Source: Gemmatimonadota bacterium
Lineage (GTDB): Bacteria > Gemmatimonadota > Gemmatimonadetes > Palauibacterales > KS3-K002
Assembly: GCA_036475815.1 (NCBI GenBank)
Contig: JAZGAL010000021.1
Span: 1-49,446, forward strand
Reading direction: 5' to 3'
DNA: 49,446 nt
The notes beneath the pieces were generated by a model. It was given only the letters and a program-made list of their open reading frames with translations. It did no database searches and was not told the DNA's origin. This document shows positions 1-10,849 of this stretch, piece by piece. The number at the start of each line of letters is the position of its first letter. Position 1 is the stretch's first letter. The position numbers were made by a program, and so were the translations under genes.

Positions 1-2894
1 TGAGCGGTGCCGACGCCCGGGCGATCCGCCTGGCCGAGGACCGTGAGGAGTTCGCTGCGGCGATGCGGCGCATCGGACTGAAGGTGCCGCACGGCGGGTT
101 CGCGCACACGCTGGAAGAGGCGATCGCGGTCGTCGAGGGAACGGGGTTCCCAGCGATCGTGCGGCCGTCGTTCACATTGGGTGGCACGGGCGGCGGTATC
201 GCGTACAACCGCGAAGAGTTCGAGCAGGTCGCGCGGATCGGGCTCGAAGCGTCGCCGGTGGGGGAGATCCTGATCGACAAGGGTATCATCGGCTGGAAGG
301 AGTACGAGCTGGAAGTGATGCGGGATCACGCCGACAACGTCGTGATCGTGTGCTCCATCGAGAACTTCGACGCGATGGGCGTCCATACCGGCGACTCGAT
401 CACTGTGGCACCGGCGATGACGCTCTCGGATGCGGAGTACCAGGTGATGCGCGACGCCTCCATCGCCTGCATCCGCGAGATAGGAGTCGCCGCCGGCGGC
501 TGCAACATCCAGTTCGCGGTGAATCCGGAGACCGGTGAGATGCTTGTCATTGAGATGAACCCGCGGGTGTCGCGCTCCTCGGCTCTGGCATCGAAAGCGA
601 CTGGCTTCCCCATCGCCCGTATCGGAACGAAAGTGGCCGTCGGGTACAGACTCGACGAGCTTCCCAACGCGATCACTCGAGAGACGCCTGCCTCTTTCGA
701 GCCGGTCCTCGATTACGTCGTCGTCAAGGTTCCCCGCTTCGCCTTCGAGAAGTTCCCGAGCGCGGACCCGGTGCTCGGAGTGCAGATGAAAGCGGTGGGT
801 GAGGTGATGGCGATCGGGCGGACCTTCAAGGAGGCATGGATGAAGGGGTTCCGCGCCCTCGAGAACGACCGGGCGGGTTGGGAGCGCGCTGAGAGGCTGG
901 CAGACGACGGCCTGTCCGGCGACGATAGAGAGACCGTGTTGGCGGCGCTACGCCGGCCCACTGCGGATCGCCCTTTCCAAATCAAGCGCGCGCTTCAGTA
1001 CGGCCTGAGCACGCAGGAGATCTGCGAGGCGAGCCACGTCGATCCCTGGTTCATCGAGCAGCTGAGAGAATTGGTCGATGCGGAGGCCTGGTACGCATCG
1101 CTTGACGAGCCGACGCGCGAAGCCACCTGGAAGATGAAGCGCCTGGGGTTCGGCGACCAGCTGCTCGCCCGCGTTCGAGGGGAGACGGAGACGGACGTAC
1201 GCGAGCGCCGCTGGCGGTGGGGTATGCACCCATCTTACAAGATGGTGGACACGTGTGCCGGGGAGTTTCCCGCGGCCACGCCTTATCTCTACAGTACGTA
1301 CGAAGAAGAGAACGAGTCCGTCCGCAGCGAGAGGCCCAAGATCATCGTGCTCGGCAGCGGCCCCAACCGGATCGGCCAGGGAGTCGAGTTCGACTACTGC
1401 TGCGTTTCCGCCGCCTTCGCGCTGGCCGAAGAGGGCTTCGAGACCATCATGGTGAACTCGAACCCCGAGACGGTGTCCACCGACTTCGATGTCAGCGACA
1501 AGCTGTACTTTGAGCCGCTGACGCTCGAGGACGTGCTCGAGATCGCGCACCTGGAACAGCCGCAGGGCATCGTGGTTCAGATGGGCGGCCAGACCCCGCT
1601 CAAGCTCGCCTCGGCTTTGCATGACCTGGGCGTACCGGTCTCGGGCACTTCCGTCGATGCGATCGACCGGGCCGAGGATCGCGAGCGCTTCGAGGCCCTG
1701 GCCCGCGAGCTGGGCATCGAGCAGCCGCCCAACGGCTTGGCCATGAACGAGGCGGAAGCCGTCGAGGTCGCGGGGCGAATCGGTTATCCCGTGCTGGTTC
1801 GTCCCAGTTACGTGCTAGGCGGCCGCGCCATGGAGATCGTCTATGATGAAGAATCGCTCAAGGATTACTTCGAGCGCGCGGTCCGTGCGTCACCCGAGCA
1901 CCCGGTCCTCATCGACAGCTTTCTGGAAGATGCGTTCGAGGCCGATGTCGACGCGGTCTCCGACGGCGACGAGGTTCTGATCGGCGGCGTCATGCAACAC
2001 ATCGAGGATGCGGGCATCCACTCGGGTGATTCCGCCTGTGTGGTGCCGCCCTACCTGCTGCGTGACGAGCATGTCGAACAGATGAAGGAGCATACGCGGG
2101 CGCTGGCATTGGCGCTGGGTGTTGTCGGCCTGATCAACGTGCAGTTCGCCGTCAAGGACGGTGTGGTGTACGTGCTCGAGGTAAACCCGCGGGCGAGCCG
2201 GACCGTTCCCTACTTGAGCAAGGCGACGGGTGTCTCGCTGGCGCGCGTGGCTGCACGTTGCATGGTGGGTCGGCGTCTTGCCGAATTCGACTTGCAGGTG
2301 GACGGTGAGCTGCAGGGTGTGGCGGTGAAAGAGTCGGTCTTCCCCTTCGACAAGCTCCCGGGTGTGGATACGCTACTCGGTCCGGAGATGCGGTCCACCG
2401 GCGAGGTGATGGGAATCGCCGACTCTTTCGGGCTGGCCATGGCCAAGGCCCAGATCGCAGCGGGCAACCCACTGCCGCTGTCGGGTCGGATCGTGGTTAC
2501 CGTTCACGATCAGGACAAGCCGAACGTCACACCCATCGTGCGTCGCTTTCACGAGATGGGTTTCGAGATCTGGGCGACGGCGGAGACGGCCCGCTATTTG
2601 AGAGCGCGTGGCATCCCGGCCACGCCGGTTCTCAAGGTGCACGAAGGGCGCCCGCATATCGTGGATTACATGATATCGGGCGATATCGCGCTGCTGATCA
2701 ACACGCCGCTGGGGAAGCACGCGCAGCACGACGACTACGCCATCAGGCGCGCTGCCATCCAGCACCGGATACCGTATACTACAACGCTCTCCGCTGCTTC
2801 GGCTTTGTGCGATGCGGTAATCGCGCTGAGGCACAGGACGCTCGAGGTATTGAGCCTCCAGGAGAGAGCGCGGCGGGCGGCAGGAAAGGAATAG
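1..2894 (+). CDS. carB: Carbamoyl-phosphate synthase large subunit (5' truncated by window edge)
   Basis: Frame is open from base 3 ([17 protein letters not shown]...). Two ATP-grasp halves ([21 protein letters not shown]; [35 protein letters not shown]) and a C-terminal MGS-like domain. Confidence 0.98.
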   Translation, partial: SGADARAIRLAEDREEFAAAMRRIGLKVPHGGFAHTLEEAIAVVEGTGFPAIVRPSFTLGGTGGGIAYNREEFEQVARIGLEASPVGEILIDKGIIGWKEYELEVMRDHADNVVIVCSIENFDAMGVHTGDSITVAPAMTLSDAEYQVMRDASIACIREIGVAAGGCNIQFAVNPETGEMLVIEMNPRVSRSSALASKATGFPIARIGTKVAVGYRLDELPNAITRETPASFEPVLDYVVVKVPRFAFEKFPSADPVLGVQMKAVGEVMAIGRTFKEAWMKGFRALENDRAGWERAERLADDGLSGDDRETVLAALRRPTADRPFQIKRALQYGLSTQEICEASHVDPWFIEQLRELVDAEAWYASLDEPTREATWKMKRLGFGDQLLARVRGETETDVRERRWRWGMHPSYKMVDTCAGEFPAATPYLYSTYEEENESVRSERPKIIVLGSGPNRIGQGVEFDYCCVSAAFALAEEGFETIMVNSNPETVSTDFDVSDKLYFEPLTLEDVLEIAHLEQPQGIVVQMGGQTPLKLASALHDLGVPVSGTSVDAIDRAEDRERFEALARELGIEQPPNGLAMNEAEAVEVAGRIGYPVLVRPSYVLGGRAMEIVYDEESLKDYFERAVRASPEHPVLIDSFLEDAFEADVDAVSDGDEVLIGGVMQHIEDAGIHSGDSACVVPPYLLRDEHVEQMKEHTRALALALGVVGLINVQFAVKDGVVYVLEVNPRASRTVPYLSKATGVSLARVAARCMVGRRLAEFDLQVDGELQGVAVKESVFPFDKLPGVDTLLGPEMRSTGEVMGIADSFGLAMAKAQIAAGNPLPLSGRIVVTVHDQDKPNVTPIVRRFHEMGFEIWATAETARYLRARGIPATPVLKVHEGRPHIVDYMISGDIALLINTPLGKHAQHDDYAIRRAAIQHRIPYTTTLSAASALCDAVIALRHRTLEVLSLQERARRAAGKE

Positions 2895-2960
2895 AGGCGC
2901 GATCGAATGCCGAAGCTCGAATAGTGTCCGATGTTCGATGTTGCTTCTGAGGAGGGATGC

Positions 2961-4910
2961 GTGAACGGAGCAAGTGCCAGCGCGCTTGTGGGGCGCGTTG
3001 TAGCGACTGAGCGCAAGCCGAACACGACCCATGAATTCCACTTCTGGACAGGTCGCGATGCGCCCATCGGTATAGGCTCGATCGTCAGGGTCGTGGCCGA
3101 ATCGCAGACGGTCTACGGCGTGGTGGTCGAGGGGTTCAGCTACACCGATCTCATGTCGCCGCTCCACGACTACATCGGTGCCGATGCCGACCCGTCCTCG
3201 GAGTCGCGTACACCGTCGGCGCGGCCCGAGATACGCCTCTACTCCGCCGCTGTTCTACGACGCGAGCCCGAAGAGCCGGTCCAGCCCGTCCCTATGGGCG
3301 CCGTCTATCTGGCGGACAACCACGATGTCATCGTCGGTCTTCGGATGGACACCTATGCGGTGGGCGAGGCGCGCACCGGCATCCCGATCGGCCTCTATAC
3401 GAGTGGAGGGCTCGAAGCGCCGGTCTACCTGGACGCCGACTTCCTGCTGGGTCCCGAGGCCGCTCACCTTAACATCACGGGTGTGAGCGGGCTGGCCACC
3501 AAGACGAGCCTGGTCGAGTTCCTGCTGGCCTCGGTCTTCGAGCATATGCCGCGTTCGAAGGGCTCGGTTGCGGCGGTCTGCTTCAACGTGAAGGGTCCGG
3601 ATCTGCTGTTCATGGATCAGCCGGGCGATCTCGATGACAGCGATGCACGGATGTACGAGCAGCTCGGGATTCCGCCCAAGCCCTTCGCGAACGTCCGCTA
3701 CTACGCGCCCTACAAAGCCGACGGGTGGAACCTGAACACCTTGCGGACCCATCCTGACCTGGTGGGGAGCGTGGAGCCTCTACGCTGGGGGCTGAAGGAG
3801 GTCCTGCAGTTTTCCGAGGTGCTGCTGACCCGCGACGACCTGGATGCTAAAGCCGACGCTCTGATCGATTTCATCAGGGACCGTGTATTGGACCAGCAGT
3901 TTGGACCGGACGCAGGACAACCGCTGATGCGGAACCATTGCGTTCGCACGTTCCGGGACTTGGAGGACTGGTTCGACGATGTGCTGGCGTTCTGCGAGCA
4001 GAGCGGCTCGGACCGCTGGATGACTCACCACACGGCGACCATCCGAAAGGTGCGAAACCGATTGAACGGCATCGTAAGCCGCGCCCACGGCCTGGTCGTG
4101 AACGACGATGCCGTGAGCGATCTACCGTGGGGCGCGTTCGAGGACCGGGCCGTCTATGTGATCGATGTGGCGAACGTGGAGCCTGAGGCGCAGGACTTGG
4201 TCTTCGCTCGAACGGTGTCGAAACTGCGGGAAGGTCTCGAAGCCGGCAGCCTCGGCGTGAAGCACGTTGTGGTATTCGCGGACGAGCTGAACAAGTACGC
4301 GCCGTCGGAAGGTCCCGACACGTACGTGCGCAAGATGTTACTCGACATCAGCGAACGGGGCCGTTATCTGGGCCTGGTGATGTTCGGCGCCCAGCAGTTC
4401 CGATCGCAGGTGCACCGGCGCGTCGTCGGCAACTGCGGGTCGGCCGTCTATGGCCGCATGGACATGGACGAACTGGCCACACCCGGTTACTCGGTGCTTT
4501 CACCGGCCACCAAGACGAAGCTTGCGAGTTTGCCGAAGGGTGACTTGATGGTGAGGCACCCGCATTTCACGCAACCGATCTTCGTCCGGTTCCCGAAGCC
4601 GACGGTCATGCGCGGGCGCGATGGCATAGAGTCGTTCCCGCCACGGCAGGGACTGCCTTTCGAGGACGCAATCGCCTATGGCCTGCGGCGCCTTGATGAC
4701 CGCCTGCCGGTGAACCAGGTAAAAGACCTGATCGCGGGGCGCGAGCGCGCGGAAGTACTGCAAGCGTTCCATCATACACAGCGTAGCCGGCCGAAGGATG
4801 TGCTCGCGTTCTTCCGCTCGCGCCTGAAGAAGCGAGTGCCGTTGGAAGAAGTCGAGGTTGCGCGACGCCCTGTGCCCGTACCCGATGATCCCTATGGAGC
4901 CGGCGGTTAG
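2961..4910 (+). CDS. HerA/FtsK-superfamily ATPase (bacterial HerA-like, N-terminal HAS-barrel-like region)
   Basis: Variant Walker A HLNITGVSGLATKTS, FNVKG motif, Walker B VVVFADELNKYAP, ISERGRYLG arginine motif, AQQFRSQV. Start set at GTG 2961 after GAGGAGG; ATG 2931 is the alternative. Confidence 0.8.
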   Translation: MNGASASALVGRVVATERKPNTTHEFHFWTGRDAPIGIGSIVRVVAESQTVYGVVVEGFSYTDLMSPLHDYIGADADPSSESRTPSARPEIRLYSAAVLRREPEEPVQPVPMGAVYLADNHDVIVGLRMDTYAVGEARTGIPIGLYTSGGLEAPVYLDADFLLGPEAAHLNITGVSGLATKTSLVEFLLASVFEHMPRSKGSVAAVCFNVKGPDLLFMDQPGDLDDSDARMYEQLGIPPKPFANVRYYAPYKADGWNLNTLRTHPDLVGSVEPLRWGLKEVLQFSEVLLTRDDLDAKADALIDFIRDRVLDQQFGPDAGQPLMRNHCVRTFRDLEDWFDDVLAFCEQSGSDRWMTHHTATIRKVRNRLNGIVSRAHGLVVNDDAVSDLPWGAFEDRAVYVIDVANVEPEAQDLVFARTVSKLREGLEAGSLGVKHVVVFADELNKYAPSEGPDTYVRKMLLDISERGRYLGLVMFGAQQFRSQVHRRVVGNCGSAVYGRMDMDELATPGYSVLSPATKTKLASLPKGDLMVRHPHFTQPIFVRFPKPTVMRGRDGIESFPPRQGLPFEDAIAYGLRRLDDRLPVNQVKDLIAGRERAEVLQAFHHTQRSRPKDVLAFFRSRLKKRVPLEEVEVARRPVPVPDDPYGAGG

Positions 4911-5799
4911 GATAGCTCGACGACGTCTTCTCAGCTCTTGTGCAGCGTTGGCGCTTGCGGTCTGCGTCGCCTCACCGGGCTTTTCTCAGGAGCCAGGCAG
5001 CGACGCTACGGGGCCGCGCGTACTGTTGCGCATGGCCTCGGATTCCAACGTGGTCGGCCATTACAAGTTTACGGTGCTAGAGCGACAACGACTGGTGTTC
5101 GACCTAGCGGCGGACGACCCACGCGCGGCCTTGCTCGAACCGGCGACCGTACCGAAACAGACGACCACCGATGTCGCCGTCACCATCGTGTCGACCCCGG
5201 TCGCGCCGGACGAAGATCGTCGCTACCTGGCCTACTGGCTCGGTTACAAGGTCTATGGTGACGACGTACAGGGGCTGAGCTCGTTTCAATGGGATACGAT
5301 CTTCCAGCAGGTCGGCCGCCGCGTTGTTCTGAGGTTCTCGCCTCGCGGTCATCCGAAGGGCGTCGAGGTCACGTCCGACGCCGTTCGCCCCGTGGCCCAG
5401 TCGCTGGCCGACGCGCTCGCGGGGCTGGCGATGGCCCTGCCGCCGGATTCCGTGAGCCGGGGGAGTCGGTGGGAAGATGACGTGGCCATAGTGTTGAAGG
5501 CTCCGGACGGCTCCGGGTTGACAGTGGTTATTCGCGTGACGTATCGGCTTAGAGAAATCCAGGTCGAACCTGAGGGTCTTGTGGCTCGCATAGAGTTCGA
5601 TGGCGAGCCCGTGCACAGCAGCGCTGCCGGGGCTCGCGTTCTCGGGCGCTACTTTGGCGACAGCAGGTTCGCCGTGAACGAAGGACGTTACGAGAGAATG
5701 ATGGCGCTGGCGAAACTCGAGATCGAGTGGGAGGATACGAGCGGGTTGCCGCCGAGCCGCTCGCTGGTGGAGTGGCAAGGGCAGTTCGCCCGACGTTAG
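4885..5799 (+). CDS. Exported hypothetical protein (DUF6263-like beta-rich fold), paralog of 6331..7212
   Basis: Signal-peptide-like N-terminus (RRRLLSSCAALALAVCVASPGFSQ). Motifs LPPDSVSRGSRW, ARIEFDG and GDSRFAVNEGR match the downstream paralog. Start uncertain. Confidence 0.6.
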   Translation: MIPMEPAVRIARRRLLSSCAALALAVCVASPGFSQEPGSDATGPRVLLRMASDSNVVGHYKFTVLERQRLVFDLAADDPRAALLEPATVPKQTTTDVAVTIVSTPVAPDEDRRYLAYWLGYKVYGDDVQGLSSFQWDTIFQQVGRRVVLRFSPRGHPKGVEVTSDAVRPVAQSLADALAGLAMALPPDSVSRGSRWEDDVAIVLKAPDGSGLTVVIRVTYRLREIQVEPEGLVARIEFDGEPVHSSAAGARVLGRYFGDSRFAVNEGRYERMMALAKLEIEWEDTSGLPPSRSLVEWQGQFARR

Positions 5800-5807
5800 G
5801 AGGTAGG

Positions 5808-6281
5808 ATGGCCGTGCAACTGTTGGTATTCGTGCACCTGTTCGGCATGGCGCTATGGCTGGGCAGCATGTTCACCATGGGAATCTGGACGTCGCGGGCG
5901 CGAGCAACCGGTGACTGGAAGATCATTGCGTTCACTTACTCCGCCGCGCGACGCTTGTACCAACGGCTGGTTGCCGTTCCGGCCGTCGTGACAGTCGCCT
6001 CAGGCGCGATCCTCATGTTCCTGACGGACCGGCCGTGGTTCCGCCCTTTCCCGGAACACTGGGTGTTCCAGATGCAGCTGGTCGGATCGATCGTGCTCCT
6101 GGTCACTTTGCTCTATATCGTGCCCAATGCGGGAGTCCTGGCGACGCTGGCCGAGAGCTCGGTCGAGACCGGCGAAGCTGCGCCGGAGTTCAGCGCGCGT
6201 GTGAAGCGCCAGGCGATAGTCGGAAGCCTGGTCGGCCTCGCGTTGGCTTACCTGGTACTGCTGGGTGCCTATCAGTTCTAG
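5808..6281 (+). CDS. Four-helix membrane protein (DUF2269/CopD/HemJ-like)
   Basis: RBS AGGAGG before ATG 5808. N-terminal FVHLFGMALWLG with a His in TM1, and four hydrophobic segments. Confidence 0.6.
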   Translation: MAVQLLVFVHLFGMALWLGSMFTMGIWTSRARATGDWKIIAFTYSAARRLYQRLVAVPAVVTVASGAILMFLTDRPWFRPFPEHWVFQMQLVGSIVLLVTLLYIVPNAGVLATLAESSVETGEAAPEFSARVKRQAIVGSLVGLALAYLVLLGAYQF

Positions 6282-6330
6282 GCCGTCGCCCCCTGCGCCC
6301 CCTGGACGAGTCAAAGGTGGAGCGCGGAGC

Positions 6331-7212
6331 TTGACACCTGCGGCCTGGGGGGGGCTTTGTGTCGCGCTCGCCATGGTTCCTGCCGTCGCCCAGAGCCCGG
6401 CCTATCGCTTGCGGCTTTCGGATGCGGTCGGCCAGACCAGCCGCTACCGCCTCACCTTCGAGATTCGCATGCGGGCTGAGATTTCGGACCAGGGCGAGCC
6501 CGATGCCCGTACGCGGCAATTGATGGAATCCCTGGCGGCGGGCATGGAAATGCGGACCATCGTGGAGTATGAGCAGCGGTTGATGGTGGTAGCGTCTGAC
6601 GGGGAACGGGTATACCACGTTCGCTGGTACGACTACCAGTTCACCGGGGAACTGGGGGGAGAAGAGATCCCGCCGCCACCAGGCTATCTGGAATCGATGC
6701 ACGACCTGCTCTCGCAGGTGGCGCGAGTTCGTACGACTCCTACCGGGCGAACGATCGATGTGACCTACTCCCACCCGCGGCTGGCCGGTTTGACCGAGGG
6801 CTTGGAGCAAGGCGGCATGCCGACCTATCTGCCGGAGCAACCTGTCGAGGTGGGCGATAGCTGGAAGGGCACGGCGGAGATTCCGGTGGGGATGGGCGCG
6901 GGTGGCGGCAGCTTGAACCTGGAGCTCGAACACACTTTGAAGGAAGTGAGGCCAGGGCCCGAGGGCTCGATAGCCGTGATCGAGCTGTCCGGATCCTATT
7001 CACAGCTCCAGGGCTTTGAGGATACCCGCTTCGGCGTGCCCTTGCACGTGCAGGCCAGCCTGACGGGTTCTTCCCTTTTCGACATCGACCGGGGCCGGTT
7101 TGTCGGAGGTCGGTACGAAATTGACATGTTCGCGCTGCATGCGGCGGAGGGTGTCGAGATCCAGCTCACCGGGCGCGCGAACGGGAACCTGGAACTGCTG
7201 AACGCAAGATGA
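6331..7212 (+). CDS. Exported hypothetical protein (DUF6263-like), paralog of 4885..5799
   Basis: Signal peptide ending AVAQ. Motifs LPEQPVEVGDSW, AVIELSG and GSSLFDIDRGRF. Stop overlaps sbcD start (ATGA). Start uncertain. Confidence 0.6.
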   Translation: MTPAAWGGLCVALAMVPAVAQSPAYRLRLSDAVGQTSRYRLTFEIRMRAEISDQGEPDARTRQLMESLAAGMEMRTIVEYEQRLMVVASDGERVYHVRWYDYQFTGELGGEEIPPPPGYLESMHDLLSQVARVRTTPTGRTIDVTYSHPRLAGLTEGLEQGGMPTYLPEQPVEVGDSWKGTAEIPVGMGAGGGSLNLELEHTLKEVRPGPEGSIAVIELSGSYSQLQGFEDTRFGVPLHVQASLTGSSLFDIDRGRFVGGRYEIDMFALHAAEGVEIQLTGRANGNLELLNAR

Positions 7213-8362
7213 AGCTGGTTCACACGGCCGACCTGCACCTCGGATACAGGGCTTACCACCGGACGAATCCACACGGAATCAACATCCGGGAGTCTGACGT
7301 AGCACGAGTCTTCCGCGAGCTGCTCGATCGTACGGCTGACATCGCTCCGGACTTGCTGCTTGTGGCGGGTGACGTGTTCCACACTGTGCGGCCGTCGAAT
7401 GCGGCGATCGCGGACGCGTTCCGCCAGTTCTCGCGCTTTCGACTGGAGTCGCCGAACACTCATGTCGTCATAATCGCGGGCAACCACGATTCCCCTCGTG
7501 CCGCCGAGACGGGCAATATCCTGAGGCTGTTCGCCGAGATACCAGGAATCCTGGTCGTCCATCAGGAACCGAAGCGGCTCTCGTTCCCTGATCTCGATAC
7601 GGCGGTGCTGTGCTTGCCTCACAACGCTCTCATCTCCGAGGAGCAACCGGTGATCGAACCGGCGCCGGACGCGAGCGTGAACATCCTGATGGCGCACGCG
7701 GCGCACGAGGACCTGAAGTTGATCAGCCGTTTCGGCGCGGCGGTGCTCAGGGGCGGCGACATCAAGCCAGAGCAGTGGAGCTATGTGGCACTCGGGCATT
7801 ATCACCTGTACGAGCGGCTGGCTCCCAACATGATCTACCCCGGCGCGATCGAGCGGACGAGCATGGACATCTGGGCGGAAGCCGACCGGCCGAAGGGATT
7901 CATCGAGTTTGACTCTGCCGAAGGCCGGGCGATCTTCCACGAGCTGGAAGGCCCCCGGGCCGTCATCGACCTGCCGCCGCTGATGGGGCAGGATCTCGCG
8001 CCGCAGGAGCTCGACCTGGCGATCGAAGACGCACTGGCCGCCGTTCCAGGCGGTATCGAGGACAAGATCATCAGGCTCCGCGTCTTCAACGTACCTCGTG
8101 ACGTCTACCGGGAGCTTGACCACCGGGCGATCCGCGAATACAGGACACGGGCGCTCCACTTCCACCTGGATGCGCGGCCACCGGAGGTCATACGGCGTGA
8201 AGGCCTGGCCGGCGCCTCACGCTACAGGAAGAACTGACGGCTTTCATCAAGCATCGCTGGAAGCCGGAGTCGGAGAAGGTCGACCGCGAAGCATTGATCC
8301 AGCTGGGCCTTCGCTATCTCCAGCAGGCCCAGGATTCGGAAGCCTTCGAGGACAGGGAGTGA
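7209..8362 (+). CDS. sbcD: SbcD/Mre11 metallophosphoesterase nuclease with a -1 frameshift near 8203 (as written the ORF stops at 8237; the intact C-terminus continues in another frame to TGA 8360-8362)
   Basis: Motifs HTADLHLG, AGDVFH, IAGNHDSP, MAH and ALGHYH. The alternative frame reads PGRRLTLQEELTAFIKHRWKPESEKVDREALIQLGLRYLQQAQ and ends 1 nt before the sbcC ATG. Confidence 0.88.
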
Positions 8363-8363
8363 T

Positions 8364-10820
8364 ATGCGGCTGATCCGCCTGTCCCTCAAGAATTTCCGGC
8401 AGCACGCCGACACGGTACTGGAATTCCGGCCGGGCCTCACCGGCATCATCGGGCCAAACGGCTCCGGGAAGACGACGATACTCGAGGCGATCGTCTGGGC
8501 GATCTACGGAGCCAGCGCGATCCGCGGCACGAAGGACACGCTCCGCTTCAACCGGGCGGCGGGGCGCTCCATCGTTCGGGCGGAGCTCGAGTTCGAGTTG
8601 CGGGGCGAGCGTTTCCGCGTGACCCGTACTCCTCGGGGCGCTGAGCTCTACCGTGCGGAGCAGGGAGATCCCATCGCGGCCGGTATCAACGAGGTGACCC
8701 GGCAGCTGACGCGCCGTCTGGGAATGACCCGGCAGGAATTCTTCAACACGTACTTCACCGGACAGAAGGAACTCCGGTTCCTCGCCGCGATGGGCCCGGC
8801 GGACCGCGCGCGCTTCCTGTCCCAGGTGCTGGGCTACGAGCGGCTGCGCGTGGCGCAGGGGCTGGTCCGGGAGCAACGGAAGGTGCTCAAGGGCCAGGTG
8901 GAGGAGTTACGCCGGGCGCTGGGAGACATAGAGGAGATAAAGAGGGCGAGAGAGGAAGCCGAGGCGCGACTCAAGACAGCCACCTCCGCCCTGCGTGAAG
9001 CCGAACAGCGGCAGACGGAAGCGGCCTCGCGCCTGGCCGATATCGAGCCCGCCTGGAATGAGCTGCAGGCGGCACGCGAGCGGGATCGGGAGCTGCGCGA
9101 AGAGCTGCGGGTTGCGCAAACGCGCTTGGAGGGCGTCCTGAAGGAGCGGAGCGAGGCCGAAAAGGAACTCAAGGACCTTGCGGGGGCTGCCGGGCAGCTG
9201 GAGAAACTGCGAGAGCAGGTGGCGCCGTTGGAAGGTCTGCGCGCCGAGGAGGAGCAGCTTCGTGACCTGGCGAACGCCGAGTCGCGGCGCCGGGACCTGG
9301 AGAGGCAACTGGCGGAACAACGCGTTCGCGTTGATGCGCTGGCCGGGAAGGTAGCCGAACAGGAGGAGCGGGGGCGCGCGCGCCACGAGCTCACCGGCAA
9401 GTTCGCGAAGCAGGAAGAAGAGTGTGACAGGCAAGAGGCCGTCAAAGATGAGGCGACCGCCCGATGGCAACGCGACGCCCAGGATGTCGAGGCGCGTCTT
9501 CGCATCCTGCTCGGCCAGGCCGAGGAGGTGAAGAAACAGATCGAGCAGCTCGAGTCGGAAGGGCCGGACGGCGCCTGCCCGACTTGCAAGCGTCCGTTGG
9601 GGGCTGAATACGATCGCGTTCTCAGCCTGGTTCGCGGCCAGCATGAGGAGATCATCCAGGACGGGAAGTGGCACCGCAGGCGGCAGGAACAGCTGAGGAA
9701 CGAGCCGGACGACGTCATCGACGCAAAGAACGAGTTGGCAAGAGCCCGCAAGGAGCGCGAACGTCTCCGGGCCGAGCTGGCCGCTGCGGAGGCGGCCGTC
9801 TCGCAGGCCGGGGCCTTGAGAGATGAGTTGGCTGTCGAAGAGGCGGAGTCCCGCTCGATAGCCGGAGAACTGGCGGCGCTTCCCAAGGGCTACGACGCCG
9901 AGCGGCACGTCAAAGTGAAAAGTGAGCTGGAACGTCTGCGGGGATTGGAGAAGCAGATCACTCAGGTCGAGACCCGCCTGGAGCGCGAGCCGAAGCTGCG
10001 CAGCGCGGCCGCCCAGGCCGAGGAGAACGAGAGGCAGCTCCGCGGACAGATCGCCACGCTGGAAGCGACGCGCGAAGAGTTGGCGTTCTCAGAGGAACAC
10101 TACCGGGCCGCCGGCGCGGAGTACGAGGGCGCGCGAGCCGCGCTGGACGCCGCGAGGCTGGAGTTGGAGCGTATCAAGGGCGAGGCCGATAGCGCGCGCC
10201 AGGCGGCGGATGCGGCGCGCCAGGCAGAGCGTGAGCACCGGCAGATCGCGCAGAGCATAGCCGATCGCGAGGCGGACCATCGCCTGCATAACGATCTCGA
10301 CGCAGCGTTAGGTCAGCTGCGAGACGATCTGAACGATCGCGTGCGGCCAGAACTTTCCGAGGTCGCCAGCCTCTTTCTCGCCGAGCTGACAGATGGACGC
10401 TACAACCGTATCGAGATCAGCCGCGACCACGAGATCGTCGTCCTGGACGATGGCGAGGAGAAGCCGGTGATTTCCGGGGGCGAGGAGGATCTGGCCAACC
10501 TCGTCTTGCGGCTGGCCATCAGCCAGATGATCGCCGACCGCGCCGGACAGACCCTCTCTTTGCTCATCTTCGACGAAGTATTCGGCGGCCTTGACGAGCA
10601 GCGGCGGGAGAGCGTAGTCCGCCTGCTGCAACGGCTTCAGGATCGCTTCGAGCAGGTCATCCTTATCACCCACATCGAGTCGATCCGCGAGGGCATGGAT
10701 CAGGTCACGCGGGTGACGTACGACGAGCGCACGGGGACGAGCGTGGTACGCGATGAAAGTCCCGGTGCCAGCTCCGAGGACTTGCTGGCGGAAGATCTCG
10801 CCGCGCTGGTGAGCGACTGA
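8364..10820 (+). CDS. sbcC: SbcC/Rad50 SMC-family ATPase
   Basis: Walker A GPNGSGKTT, long coiled coils with a central CPTC zinc hook, signature ISGGE, Walker B LLIFDE, H-loop ITH. Confidence 0.93.
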   Translation: MRLIRLSLKNFRQHADTVLEFRPGLTGIIGPNGSGKTTILEAIVWAIYGASAIRGTKDTLRFNRAAGRSIVRAELEFELRGERFRVTRTPRGAELYRAEQGDPIAAGINEVTRQLTRRLGMTRQEFFNTYFTGQKELRFLAAMGPADRARFLSQVLGYERLRVAQGLVREQRKVLKGQVEELRRALGDIEEIKRAREEAEARLKTATSALREAEQRQTEAASRLADIEPAWNELQAARERDRELREELRVAQTRLEGVLKERSEAEKELKDLAGAAGQLEKLREQVAPLEGLRAEEEQLRDLANAESRRRDLERQLAEQRVRVDALAGKVAEQEERGRARHELTGKFAKQEEECDRQEAVKDEATARWQRDAQDVEARLRILLGQAEEVKKQIEQLESEGPDGACPTCKRPLGAEYDRVLSLVRGQHEEIIQDGKWHRRRQEQLRNEPDDVIDAKNELARARKERERLRAELAAAEAAVSQAGALRDELAVEEAESRSIAGELAALPKGYDAERHVKVKSELERLRGLEKQITQVETRLEREPKLRSAAAQAEENERQLRGQIATLEATREELAFSEEHYRAAGAEYEGARAALDAARLELERIKGEADSARQAADAARQAEREHRQIAQSIADREADHRLHNDLDAALGQLRDDLNDRVRPELSEVASLFLAELTDGRYNRIEISRDHEIVVLDDGEEKPVISGGEEDLANLVLRLAISQMIADRAGQTLSLLIFDEVFGGLDEQRRESVVRLLQRLQDRFEQVILITHIESIREGMDQVTRVTYDERTGTSVVRDESPGASSEDLLAEDLAALVSD

Positions 10821-10849
10821 CGGCCCGGAACCGACGTTCGCCGCTCTAG

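Noticed and set aside
2961-4910. HerA as part of an anti-phage system (Sir2-HerA or nuclease-HerA type)
   Set aside because: No adjacent Sir2 or nuclease effector; linkage to sbcDC and carB points to core DNA repair.
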